The notes under the pieces: model-generated
Told to the model about the DNA's origin: nothing
The model's input: the letters and a program-made list of their open reading frames with translations, nothing else
Databases searched by the model: none
Assembly (NCBI GenBank): GCA_002497285.1
Contig: DANJ01000014.1
Span: 34,089 to 98,088, forward strand
Source of the DNA: Candidatus Pacearchaeota archaeon UBA92
Lineage (GTDB): Archaea; Nanobdellota; Nanobdellia; Pacearchaeales; GW2011-AR1
Reading direction: 5' to 3'
Length of the DNA: 64,000 nucleotides
Position numbers and translations under genes: made by a program
In this document: positions 1 to 9,715 of the stretch, piece after piece
Position numbering within the stretch: position 1 is the stretch's first letter
Layout of the letters: each line of letters opens with the position of its first letter

Positions 1-1267
1 CTTCCAATAATCTTTTAATTTCCGCAGGAACTCCAATCTTTTCCTCTTTCATATTTTTAATTCCAAAACCAAAGATGCAGTCAAACTTTTCCAACAATTT
101 TAATTTCTTTCCATGTTCAAAATCAAAATCATTTATTACTTTCCATAAAACATCAATCGCCCTAGAAGTATTAAGATTATCATTAATCGCATTAATGAAT
201 TCATTCTCATAATCTTTTGTCCTATCTGTTCCTTTATGCCTCTCCTTTTTTAGTTCTACAATTTTCTTTTTCAATCTCTCATAAGCATTTCTAGCAGCAT
301 CCAAAATATCTAAAGAAAAATTAAGTTGTTTTCTATAATTAGTAAGAAAAAACAAATATCTAAGATGCATAGGGCTATAACCTTCTTTTTCTAAATCGGA
401 AATAGTATAAAGTCCTCCAGTGCTTTTAGAAATCTTTTTTCCCTTATTCATTAGAAAAGCCCCATGAATCCAATAATTAACAAACTTCTTTCCTGTGAGT
501 GCTTCAGATTGTGCAATTTCATTTGTATGGTGTACAGAAATATGGTCTTCTCCGCCCGTATGAATATCAAAGTGATTTCCTAAGTATTTCATACTCATAG
601 CAGAACATTCTAGATGCCATCCAGGAAAACCGATTCCCCATGGCGATTTCCATTCCTGCTGTCTTTCCCCAGGATTAGAAGAAAATTTCCAGAGAGCGAA
701 ATCAGTCTTATTCTTCTTTTCCCCAATCTCAACCCTTTTTCCAGCCCTTAGTTCTTTAATGTTGAGTTTTGCTAATTTACCATAACCCTTGAATTTCTTT
801 GAATCAAAATAAATCCCGTCTCTTGTTTTATAAGTAAACCCTTTCTTTTCTAATTTCTTGACAAGTTCAATCTGTTCTTTCACATGTTTTGTAGCCCAAG
901 CCCATTTCCAAGGTGAAAGGATGTTCATCTTTTTCAAATCTTTTTCAAATTCTTTAAAATAAAATCTTGCAATGTCTTCGGCCTTTTTACCTTCTCTTTC
1001 AGCTGCCTTTTCCATTTTGTCCTCTCCAGAGTCGGCATCCGAAGTTAAATGCCCTACATCAGTTACATTAATTACATGCTTTACCTTGTATTCATTATAA
1101 ATTAAAGTTCTTTTCAATAAATCTGCCAAAACATAGCTTCTTAAATTTCCAATATGCTGGTAAGAATAAACAGTTGGCCCACAGCTGTACATCTTAACCT
1201 CTTTTCCTATTGGTTTGAACTGCTCTTTTTTTCTAGTTAATGTATTATACAAATTCACCTTACTCAT
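1..1267 (-). CDS. cysS: Cysteinyl-tRNA synthetase (3' end runs off the window)
   Basis: Not in the ORF track. Manual translation from ATG at 1267 gives MSKVNLYNTLTRKKEQFKP...MYSCGPTVYSYQHIGNLRSY (HIGH-like motif), GFPGWHLECSAM and KISKS. Confidence 0.96.
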   Translation of the reverse strand, partial: MSKVNLYNTLTRKKEQFKPIGKEVKMYSCGPTVYSYQHIGNLRSYVLADLLKRTLIYNEYKVKHVINVTDVGHLTSDADSGEDKMEKAAEREGKKAEDIARFYFKEFEKDLKKMNILSPWKWAWATKHVKEQIELVKKLEKKGFTYKTRDGIYFDSKKFKGYGKLAKLNIKELRAGKRVEIGEKKNKTDFALWKFSSNPGERQQEWKSPWGIGFPGWHLECSAMSMKYLGNHFDIHTGGEDHISVHHTNEIAQSEALTGKKFVNYWIHGAFLMNKGKKISKSTGGLYTISDLEKEGYSPMHLRYLFFLTNYRKQLNFSLDILDAARNAYERLKKKIVELKKERHKGTDRTKDYENEFINAINDNLNTSRAIDVLWKVINDFDFEHGKKLKLLEKFDCIFGFGIKNMKEEKIGVPAEIKRLLE

Positions 1268-1291
1268 CAATTAATCAGGTAAAAAGAGATT

Positions 1292-1801
1292 TTAAGCGTT
1301 TCTAATTATTCCGTGTTCATCTTGCCTTGGAAGTTTGATTAATCTTGGACTATTCGTTTTTTCTGCTTGTCTTAAATTAGTAAAACTTAAATCTAAACTA
1401 TAACCGAGCCTCCCCAAAAGAGTTTCACGCAAATATATTTGAGAAAGTTTGTTCAATTCAAGGCTTGAAAAATATTGACCAAAGATTAGAGAACTCTCTG
1501 GAACGATTATTAAATCGTAATCCCTTTTAACAATTGAAGGGCTTCCAAGGATAAATTCTTTTGCTCTTCCTTCAACAGATTCCAATATTTCATTGCATCT
1601 TCCAAAAGTTGGCCTCTGACTTGGATCTATAAGACTATGTGATAAGACATAACCAGAAAGAAACCTATCAACAAGGCTTGCTCCGTTCCTTCCCGTAAAA
1701 ACTCCGATTGGTTTTCTGCCTAAAAATCTTATCTCCACAACCGCAGAGGTTAATTTCAAATCTATTCCCAACCCATTTACACTTTCAACAGCCTGAATCA
1801 C
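1292..1801 (-). CDS. Hypothetical protein
   Basis: 169-aa ORF co-oriented with its neighbours. No motif recognised; the GTG start is uncertain. Confidence 0.55.
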   Translation of the reverse strand: MIQAVESVNGLGIDLKLTSAVVEIRFLGRKPIGVFTGRNGASLVDRFLSGYVLSHSLIDPSQRPTFGRCNEILESVEGRAKEFILGSPSIVKRDYDLIIVPESSLIFGQYFSSLELNKLSQIYLRETLLGRLGYSLDLSFTNLRQAEKTNSPRLIKLPRQDEHGIIRNA

Positions 1802-1852
1802 TCGTCATCTCTCCATATTCCATTTATTAATCTGCCAAAAATAAAAAGCAAA

Positions 1853-2800
1853 TTATTTAAAACTTTCTATGAATTCCAGGATATCCTCAAAATTTTTCTT
1901 CTGCATTAATTTCTGCCTGATTTTTGCAGCGCCGTCAAATCCCTTCAAAAAACTACCTCCAAGATGCTTTACTCTTCCTAAATCAACAACCTCATGTTTC
2001 TCCGCCAATTTTAAATAATCCCTGAAAGCAGAAATTTTTTCCCCCTTTCCAATCTCCTTCTCACTTCCAGTTTTAAAATATCTCTCAATTCCTCTAAAAA
2101 TAAAAGGATTGCCAATAGCCCCCCTAGCAATCATCACTCCATCGCACAGATCTAAATATTTTTCAACATCTTTCCCAGAAAAAATATCTCCATTGGCTAT
2201 CAAAGGAATTCCAATTCTATCTTTTATCTTTGAAATCCATTTCCCATCTGCAGGAACGCTTGCACCTTGGTTAGCCAATCTTGTATGGACCGTAATGAGA
2301 TCAGCTCCAGCTTTTTCTATTTCTTTAACAACTTCAAGAGAATTGTTTTTATTAAAACCCAATCTAATTTTAGCAGTCACAGTCAAATCCCTATCTTTTA
2401 GAGTCTTTATCATTTCTCCTATTTTCTCTGGACTCTTAAGTAAATAACTCCCTGCCTGATTTCCGGTAATTCTAATACTTGGACATCCACAATTAATATC
2501 TATCAAACCATAACCATGCAATAGGTCCAATTTCGCAAATTTCTTAAATTCTTCAATACTGTTTCCAGTAACTTGTAGGCCAAGAGGTTTATCCTCTTTG
2601 CATGTCTTCATCAAACTCTTCGTCTTAGAATTTTCATGCAAAATAGCATCAATATAAATCATCTCTGTATAAGCCATTCCAGCCCCCTGCTTCCTGCATA
2701 ACAGCCTAAAAGCTAAATCGGTAACATCTACCATAGGTGATAAAAAAAGTCTATTTTTCACAAGAACATTGCCTATTTTCAAAGATTGACTAAATTTCAT
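1853..2800 (-). CDS. dus: tRNA-dihydrouridine synthase (Dus family)
   Basis: LSPMVDVTDLAFR, YTEM, DINCGCP, TAKIRLG, ANGDI and GVMIARGAIGNP motifs. Confidence 0.93.
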   Translation of the reverse strand: MKFSQSLKIGNVLVKNRLFLSPMVDVTDLAFRLLCRKQGAGMAYTEMIYIDAILHENSKTKSLMKTCKEDKPLGLQVTGNSIEEFKKFAKLDLLHGYGLIDINCGCPSIRITGNQAGSYLLKSPEKIGEMIKTLKDRDLTVTAKIRLGFNKNNSLEVVKEIEKAGADLITVHTRLANQGASVPADGKWISKIKDRIGIPLIANGDIFSGKDVEKYLDLCDGVMIARGAIGNPFIFRGIERYFKTGSEKEIGKGEKISAFRDYLKLAEKHEVVDLGRVKHLGGSFLKGFDGAAKIRQKLMQKKNFEDILEFIESFK

Positions 2801-2827
2801 ATTAAAAAATAGTAGAAAGAGTTTTTA

Positions 2828-3922
2828 TTACTTGACACTGCGTAATTCTCTTAGTAATCTTGGCCCCTTAAATATAAGGGGGGTAAATATCTGAATTCCG
2901 ACTACATCTTCTCCCTTAGTTCTCTCCTTAGCTCTTTCAGCAGAATTTATACCTCCACAGGCATTAATGTACAACTTGTAATTACCCATCCTAATAAAAT
3001 CCTCAAACATCGATTGTACATCGCTTGCACGCTTATAAAGCGCCTCACCGCTAGCACCTCCACGACCTTCAGGATTTGGAGGAGAAGTTATAAATCTAGG
3101 ATCATAGATAGCAGTAGTATTTGTTGTAGTAAATGCTCTGATTCCCTCAAGATTCCCTCCTCCTGGAAGGTTAATTGCACTTTTTTTATTATACTCTGCA
3201 CATATTCTAACAATATCCTGGACATCCTGCCATCCTAAATCTGGAGACACCTTTATATCGAGCTCTTGTCCTATATGCATTGCTCCCCTCACAACTTTTA
3301 CCATATCAAGCATTCCAGATTGATACTCATTTCTTGAATCTCCTCCAGTAGAACTATGCGTGTTGGGACAAGATATGTTTAGCTCAAACCTGCTAACCTT
3401 ATGTAAATCTCTTGTTTCAAGCACTGTTCCTTCTAAATCTCTCAGCAACTCATCTCCCTGTTTTTCAGGAGTAGACATTAAATTTACAGTTACAGGAACT
3501 CCATGCTCTCCAAATTCATTCATATTGTCTGCAACTGGTTTAGCTCCTGGCCCTGGCAATTTCATCCAATTAACCAGAGATTCAGTTTCAGGATATCTTT
3601 TTATCGTATTTCCTGAATTTCCATCATATTTATCATATGTAACGGTTCCAATGACTATTCTATCAAAACCCAAGTACTTAAGAAAAACAGGAGGAATATT
3701 TCCATTTTTATCAAATCCAGCAGCATTAGAAATCTCAAAACCGAGATCTTTCCTATTCTCTCTGCAATTTAAAAGAATCTTGCTTAGCCCTCGTGAATCA
3801 ACCCACCTAGCTAACCGAACAAATTCATCATGGGCCAATTTAACATTTTCTTTAGTTCTTTCAAATATACCGTCTCTTCTTAATTGATACCCTACCTCAA
3901 CAGCTTTTCTTAATAATTTCAT
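2828..3922 (-). CDS. pyrD: Dihydroorotate dehydrogenase
   Basis: NAAGFDKN, GTVT, NISCPNT, KVSPD, TNTT, GGASG and CGGI motifs; adjacent to dihydroorotase. Confidence 0.88.
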   Translation of the reverse strand: MKLLRKAVEVGYQLRRDGIFERTKENVKLAHDEFVRLARWVDSRGLSKILLNCRENRKDLGFEISNAAGFDKNGNIPPVFLKYLGFDRIVIGTVTYDKYDGNSGNTIKRYPETESLVNWMKLPGPGAKPVADNMNEFGEHGVPVTVNLMSTPEKQGDELLRDLEGTVLETRDLHKVSRFELNISCPNTHSSTGGDSRNEYQSGMLDMVKVVRGAMHIGQELDIKVSPDLGWQDVQDIVRICAEYNKKSAINLPGGGNLEGIRAFTTTNTTAIYDPRFITSPPNPEGRGGASGEALYKRASDVQSMFEDFIRMGNYKLYINACGGINSAERAKERTKGEDVVGIQIFTPLIFKGPRLLRELRSVK

Positions 3923-3923
3923 A

Positions 3924-4976
3924 TTATAACTTATTTACCATCCCTAGCTCTTCTTCAAGTTTTCTCCAAGGATTAATTTCATAATCTCCTCTTCTGTCCT
4001 TAATGGGCTTTCTCTTCCTGATAACGTCCGCTCCAAATCTTTCCACAGCAGCGCTAAAAGTTATCTCTTCTATTCTTTTTTCTGTAAATCCTCTTCTTCT
4101 GAAAAATTCCTCAAATAAAGGCCACCAAGCTAAAGCATTAACACCAGAAGCACAAGCCTCGTACTTATCCTTTCTTGTATGTGGCGCATGATCTGTTTCA
4201 AGAAAATCAATTCTGCCTTCCCTTAAATCTTCCAATAGCAACTCAGGTTCACCTGGAGCCCTAAGGGGAGGATTCATCTTTTTTTCTAGACCTTGAATTC
4301 CAAGCATCTCCGTATAAGGAAGTAAAAGATGATGTGGACATACTCCTGCAGAAACATCTAACCCTCTTTTTTTTGCAAGGTTAATATATTCAACACCCTC
4401 ATGTGTAGAAACATGAACAAAATGCAATTTTCCCTTAAATCCTGTAAGATAAGCAAAACCAAGCATATCTCTTATTGATTCTGTTTCAGCAATAGCTGGC
4501 CTTGCAAAAGCATGAGTTATTGGATTTCTTGGATCCCAAATCTCTGGCTTCATTCTTGCTTCTTTTTCTGGATGTATCAATAAAGACCCATCATATCCTT
4601 CGTTTGAAAAAGTATTGAAAACATTAAAATGATCTCTGACATCCACTATTCCTAGTTGATTAGTTGAATTCCCCCCATACATTTTAAATCCTAAAACAAA
4701 AGGAAGTCTTCTGTAAGCCTGTATACCTCTCTTTATTTGCTCAGGATCTTTTGTCACACCCATCCAAATAAAATAAGCAACCTCAGGAATATTTGCAGCC
4801 TTTGCCAGATTATATCTTGCAACAGCAAGTTCTTCAGTAAAGATAGAAGGTTTAGTATTGGGCATAATCCCTATCCCATCCACTCCAGAATCTCTTGCGA
4901 CATTTAAGACATGTTCAACCGTCTCTTTATACGCCTCTTCCCAATCTCTATCATGAACATGACCATCAAAATACAT
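3924..4976 (-). CDS. pyrC: Dihydroorotase (amidohydrolase superfamily); probable start at 4976
   Basis: DGHVHDRD (HxH), MPNTKP, HVST, CPHHL, KMNPPLR and TDHAPH motifs. Confidence 0.9.
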   Translation of the reverse strand: MYFDGHVHDRDWEEAYKETVEHVLNVARDSGVDGIGIMPNTKPSIFTEELAVARYNLAKAANIPEVAYFIWMGVTKDPEQIKRGIQAYRRLPFVLGFKMYGGNSTNQLGIVDVRDHFNVFNTFSNEGYDGSLLIHPEKEARMKPEIWDPRNPITHAFARPAIAETESIRDMLGFAYLTGFKGKLHFVHVSTHEGVEYINLAKKRGLDVSAGVCPHHLLLPYTEMLGIQGLEKKMNPPLRAPGEPELLLEDLREGRIDFLETDHAPHTRKDKYEACASGVNALAWWPLFEEFFRRRGFTEKRIEEITFSAAVERFGADVIRKRKPIKDRRGDYEINPWRKLEEELGMVNKL

Positions 4977-5111
4977 GGTCTTATCCAATTCAAGCCATTT
5001 AAATAATTGATTAACTACTAAGATAGACAAAAAATCAGATAATCCAAAACAATTATAAGATGCCTTAATCATAATATCTGATGAAAAGAGGGCATTTTAA
5101 CCGAAAAATAG

Positions 5112-6605
5112 ATATTTATAATCATCTCATTAATTATTGTAATTTCAACCCTATATTTTTTAATTCAAAAGATAATAGTTTCTCCACTAAAAAGTCCAAC
5201 AATTAAAAGTATAAACTCTGAAACCAATTTTAGAAAAGTTAATCTTATTGCTTATGAATGGGAAAATGGCTCCACTAGTCAAGATAATCTTGTTCCCATG
5301 TACCAACTCTGGCATCCAAACACTGAAAGAGCGATAAGAGAAACTAATAGTCAACCTGTAGGGCATAGAGTAATTATTGATAGAATATCATACTCTGGAA
5401 TAAATGCTAACCCTGCCGATAAATGTCAAGACCCAGTAAGCAAAAATTATTACGACTGCATCTGGTGGGATAGCGGAATAAATTCCACAAAAGAAAAATA
5501 TGAAGATTTTTTAGCTCCCTTTAATGCCTCAGGAGGAAAACTAGACTATTGGGTATTAGATACAGAAACTTGGCTTTCAAACTGGGCAATTGGTTCAAAT
5601 AAAAATGACTTATCCCAAAAAGAAAGATGGAGAGCAATTCAAAATGATCCTAGAAATGCTACATTATTTGCAGAGTTAAATGCTCTCGGATTCACAGGAC
5701 AAGATTTAATCGGAACAGTCTATAATTGGAGCAAAGGTGGAGACAATTATCTAATATGGAATTCATTAATGGGAAATAAAGTAGCCGATTATTATAATGA
5801 AGCAACATATGATGTAATCAAAAAATATTATCCTAATGTGGAAATGTTGAATTATGGTTTAGGTTATCGTAGTCAAGAATATCAAGTTCCTGATTTGAAC
5901 GGACATAAACAATATAAATATGGTCCTGGAAATAATGTCGGAACCGATCAAACTCAAGATGGGCTATATGGTCGGCTTGGGCAAATAACAAATCGAAATA
6001 GGCTAATTAATGGCTTCACCTATAATGCAACTGCGTTCAATGCTTTTAGATACGAAGTAAACAGAATGCGTTCAATGCTTCTTTCAAACCAATCAGTACC
6101 TATATCTCCTTGGATTTCTCACAAAAGCTGGAATAAAACGCTAGTTGATGATAATGATTATTATGAAGAAATGATTATTCACTTATCTTTAACAAACGCA
6201 AACGTCATTATATATTGGAATCCAAAATCAGGAGATGGCCTATTACAAGATAAAGATGATGAATTACTTAGCAATTTGCTAAATGAAGAAAATCAATTTA
6301 TAGGTTATATGAATAAAAAGCCAATTACTTCTAATTATATAACCTATTCAGATGACTGGTGGACTTCAGATTATGTATTATCTGGAATGAACGCAGGAGG
6401 ACAAAAAGTATGGAGATTCACGCCAGATGTTATAAATGGCACTTACAAATTAGTCAATGATCCAAATTCAATAGTATTTACGACAGCCCAATATAGAGTA
6501 ACAATTCCAGAAGGTACAATTTATCCCAATCAAGTATCTAAATATGGTTTTTGGATTACACAACCCCTAAATTCTATAGATCCTGAAGTGGAAAAGTTGA
6601 GATAA
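5112..6605 (+). CDS. Putative extracellular glycoside-hydrolase-like protein (DxE type), paralog of 6682..8550; 5' leader disrupted or non-ATG start
   Basis: The track ORF 5298..6605 stays open upstream to 5112 and encodes a hydrophobic stretch (IFIIISLIIVISTLYFLI). It has LDYWVLDTETW and is similar throughout to the downstream ORF. Confidence 0.65.
   Translation: MFIIISLIIVISTLYFLIQKIIVSPLKSPTIKSINSETNFRKVNLIAYEWENGSTSQDNLVPMYQLWHPNTERAIRETNSQPVGHRVIIDRISYSGINANPADKCQDPVSKNYYDCIWWDSGINSTKEKYEDFLAPFNASGGKLDYWVLDTETWLSNWAIGSNKNDLSQKERWRAIQNDPRNATLFAELNALGFTGQDLIGTVYNWSKGGDNYLIWNSLMGNKVADYYNEATYDVIKKYYPNVEMLNYGLGYRSQEYQVPDLNGHKQYKYGPGNNVGTDQTQDGLYGRLGQITNRNRLINGFTYNATAFNAFRYEVNRMRSMLLSNQSVPISPWISHKSWNKTLVDDNDYYEEMIIHLSLTNANVIIYWNPKSGDGLLQDKDDELLSNLLNEENQFIGYMNKKPITSNYITYSDDWWTSDYVLSGMNAGGQKVWRFTPDVINGTYKLVNDPNSIVFTTAQYRVTIPEGTIYPNQVSKYGFWITQPLNSIDPEVEKLR
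5556..5593 (+). repeat. 38-bp exact repeat shared with 7504..7541
   Basis: ttagatacagaaacttggctttcaaactgggcaattgg occurs in both paralogs and encodes LDTETWLSNWAI. Confidence 0.9.
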
Positions 6606-6681
6606 AATTTATCTTAATCCTTTGATAATTTGTAAAATCACAAATCCAGAACCATTATAAATTAAATATTCTTATCATTAT

Positions 6682-8550
6682 ATGCAAAAGAGGGGTTTAT
6701 CCGAGGTTATAACCACTGTTCTGATAATACTTATTGTTCTTATCAGCATATCCATAATCTGGCTCTTTATCAGGCCAGCAATAGATAGCGTTGTTGGAAA
6801 CAATGACGACAATCCTGGAGAAATTTCAAAACTGAGAAGTTGTCTTGATTTAGAGTTAAATGTTAAAAATTGCAATTTCTTAGGAAATGACTCATACCAA
6901 ATTAGAATCGAAAGAGGAAATGATGAATTAGAAATAAAAGAAATTGTCTTTAAATTTAAGACAAATAATAATGAATTTATATTGAGAAATAATACTCTAA
7001 TTCCAATGCAGTTTGGCTCAGCTATTTATACCTTCAATTTATCAAAAGAAACACAAGAGTCGATTAACTCTGTAGACATATCAGGAATATTATCAAACAA
7101 TAATCCTTGTAGCTTCTCAGGTTTGTCTTTTTCCTGCTCTCAGCAAACTATAGAAAATAATGGAGAAAATAATTTCGAACTTCTGACAACTTATGCATTA
7201 TCCTGGGAAGGAACACCTGGACTAAATTCTAATGTAATTCCAATGTATCAACTAAGAATACAGAACACCCCTGCTCAGGCACTGGCTTTTACATCACAAC
7301 AACCCTCCAGATACAGAACAATAATAGACAGAAGTAGATATCAAGGGATAAATACAAATGAATCAGACAAATGTCAAGATCCAGTAAGTGGCAATTTCTA
7401 CGATTGTATATGGTGGGACAACGGAATAAATGCAACAAAACAAAAATATGAAACTTTCCTCAGCCAATATTCTCAGCAGGGCGGAGAATTAGATTATTGG
7501 ATTTTAGATACAGAAACTTGGCTTTCAAACTGGGCAATTGGCTCAAATAAAAATGACCTATCACAACAGGCAAGATGGAGGGCAATTCAAAATGATCCTA
7601 GAAATGTTACATTATTTCAAGAATTAAATTCTCGTGGATTTAACGGTCAAGATTTGCTAGGAACCGTATTTGACTGGCAAAATGGAGGAGATAATTATCT
7701 AATCTGGAACTCTTTAATGAGAAATAAAGTTGCAACCTATTACAATGATTCTGTGTATAAAGAGGTCAAAAAATATTATCCTAATGTGAAAATGTCCAAT
7801 TATGGTTTAAATCATTGGAGTCAGGAATATGAGGTTCCAGAACTAAACGGGCATAAACAATACAAGTATGGCTCAGGAAGTCATGTTGGAACATATCAGA
7901 CCCAAGACGGCTTATATGGAAATTTAGGGCAAGTAACCTGGACAAACAGATTAATACAGGGCTACACATATGAAGGAACTCCATTCAACGCATTCAGATA
8001 TGAACTAAACAGAATGCGTTCTATGAAACTATCAAGCACCATAGAAATACAACCCTGGATTATCTATAAGGGGTGGAATAAGAGTTTAATGTTCGGAACA
8101 GATTATTATGAAGAATTAATGTTGCACCTAACCTTAATAAATCCAGAAACGTTTCTCTACTGGAATTATAGAGGGCAAGGAGAAAGCCCTCCTTCAAATG
8201 ATGGAAATGACACGCTATTCAGTAATATCCTATCTGAGGCAGACTCTCTAGTTGGATATAAAGATAAACAAATAATAACTTACAACTACGAATCTTACTC
8301 TGATGAGGAATGGTGGAAATCAGATTATGTTTTATCTGGAATGGAAGCCAAAGGGCAGAAAGTATGGAGATTCACTCCTAATTCAACGAACTATGAAATC
8401 AATACAAATAACATAAGAACAACATTCACAACTCAAAGGTATAATATAACAATTCCTCAAGGAGAAATAAGACCAAATAGTGTGTCCACAATAGGAATTT
8501 GGGTAACCCAACCCCTTGGAGCTGGAGAAATAACGATACAGTCCATTTAA
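6682..8550 (+). CDS. Type IV pilin-like protein (class III signal peptide) fused to a DxE glycoside-hydrolase-like domain
   Basis: MQKRG/LSEVITTVLIILIVLISISIIWLF leader, a ~150-aa Cys-containing pilin-like domain, then a Trp/Tyr-rich domain with LDYWILDTETW. Confidence 0.75.
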   Translation: MQKRGLSEVITTVLIILIVLISISIIWLFIRPAIDSVVGNNDDNPGEISKLRSCLDLELNVKNCNFLGNDSYQIRIERGNDELEIKEIVFKFKTNNNEFILRNNTLIPMQFGSAIYTFNLSKETQESINSVDISGILSNNNPCSFSGLSFSCSQQTIENNGENNFELLTTYALSWEGTPGLNSNVIPMYQLRIQNTPAQALAFTSQQPSRYRTIIDRSRYQGINTNESDKCQDPVSGNFYDCIWWDNGINATKQKYETFLSQYSQQGGELDYWILDTETWLSNWAIGSNKNDLSQQARWRAIQNDPRNVTLFQELNSRGFNGQDLLGTVFDWQNGGDNYLIWNSLMRNKVATYYNDSVYKEVKKYYPNVKMSNYGLNHWSQEYEVPELNGHKQYKYGSGSHVGTYQTQDGLYGNLGQVTWTNRLIQGYTYEGTPFNAFRYELNRMRSMKLSSTIEIQPWIIYKGWNKSLMFGTDYYEELMLHLTLINPETFLYWNYRGQGESPPSNDGNDTLFSNILSEADSLVGYKDKQIITYNYESYSDEEWWKSDYVLSGMEAKGQKVWRFTPNSTNYEINTNNIRTTFTTQRYNITIPQGEIRPNSVSTIGIWVTQPLGAGEITIQSI

Positions 8551-8589
8551 TCCAACAATCTTTATATATTCTAATTTATATCATTATTA

Positions 8590-8970
8590 ATGGAAAAAGA
8601 CATCGACAGAATACCAAAAAATCAGGAAACGGACATAGTAATTAGAATTGACGACTTCGGCGGAAGAATAGGATTGACAATAAGAGAATTCGTAAAATCT
8701 GAAAGATACACCGGCTTCACAAAAGCAGGCACACGAATTCCAGCAGACCAGTTCAAGAACTTCAAGGCATCAATTAACTCGATAAAAGAATCTGATTTCG
8801 AACAAGAAGCAAGTGAAGAACAGAAAGAGGCAGAAGAGCCAGAATCAAGGCCCGCACACGACAAGCACGTATCAAAACAAGGCAGTAAGCAAGACAATAA
8901 ATCGGGCAATAAGCCAAGTCACAATCAAGGCCATAGTCATTCAGACGCTCCAGAAGAAATGGAGATGTAA
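8590..8970 (+). CDS. PC4/p15-like single-stranded DNA-binding protein with a disordered tail
   Basis: IRIDDFGGRIGLTIREF...GFTKAGTRIPADQF matches the PC4 pattern (FxG...IREF...TKxG..I....F). Confidence 0.75.
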   Translation: MEKDIDRIPKNQETDIVIRIDDFGGRIGLTIREFVKSERYTGFTKAGTRIPADQFKNFKASINSIKESDFEQEASEEQKEAEEPESRPAHDKHVSKQGSKQDNKSGNKPSHNQGHSHSDAPEEMEM

Positions 8971-8986
8971 TTTATTTTGTGAAAAT

Positions 8987-9241
8987 CTAGCACAACCTCT
9001 TCTCATCATCGCTTCTTCTATCTTCCCAATCATCACTAAAAGTGACAAGCCCTGTCAAAGGAACCATCTCAACCAATTCATTATCGCTACAAGTAATCAA
9101 AAAATCCTGGCACGAATTGCCCTGGCAGATTGCTTTGGTGTGTGTATAATCATAACTAATTCTTTCTTCTCCTTTAGTTAAAATTACAAATGCTGAAAAG
9201 ATAATTAATAGTAAAAGAATCAAAATCAAAGCTTTTTTCAT
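8987..9241 (-). CDS. Small membrane-anchored or secreted protein
   Basis: MKK plus a hydrophobic N-terminus; 4 Cys. Confidence 0.7.
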   Translation of the reverse strand: MKKALILILLLLIIFSAFVILTKGEERISYDYTHTKAICQGNSCQDFLITCSDNELVEMVPLTGLVTFSDDWEDRRSDDEKRLC

Positions 9242-9654
9242 TGGGCTAAATCAATCTCCCCACTATCTGAACTATCATTTTCTTCTTTTAATTCTTTACG
9301 TTCTTCTTTTAATTCTTCACGAGCCTCTCTGCTTTCTTCAACTCGCTCATCATAATCTCCCCCAATTACAGGTAATTTTAATCTGGCTCTAAGCAAATTG
9401 TATTCTCCAACATCATACACAAGTAATCTTTCAGGAGTTCTAAGAATGTCACCAAAATAAGGCAAATTCATCAAACCTTTATCCTCCCGCCAATTATTGT
9501 TAGGTTTCCTAAATATCTCTTTCGCATCCGCCAATCCTATTTCAGCCCTGTGCCTTACAAAATCTTCATCAGGATGAGTTAAAAATTTAACTTGCACTCT
9601 GTCTGTTAAAGTTCTCTCCAAAAAAGCATAATAATGCTTCCGTCCTTCTGCCAT
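9238..9654 (-). CDS. Hypothetical protein
   Basis: 138-aa ORF with an ATGA overlap to the downstream gene. Confidence 0.65.
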   Translation of the reverse strand: MAEGRKHYYAFLERTLTDRVQVKFLTHPDEDFVRHRAEIGLADAKEIFRKPNNNWREDKGLMNLPYFGDILRTPERLLVYDVGEYNLLRARLKLPVIGGDYDERVEESREAREELKEERKELKEENDSSDSGEIDLAQ

Positions 9655-9715
9655 AAAAAATCTAATAAAGGCAGATTAAAAACCTTTCTAATTTGTAACT
9701 AGAGGATTACTACAA

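Noticed and set aside
5109-5111. TAG recoding or alternative genetic code
   Set aside because: TAG terminates conserved genes here (the UvrD-like gene, rpl24e, rpl7ae) at the expected positions, and a frameshift would be needed as well.
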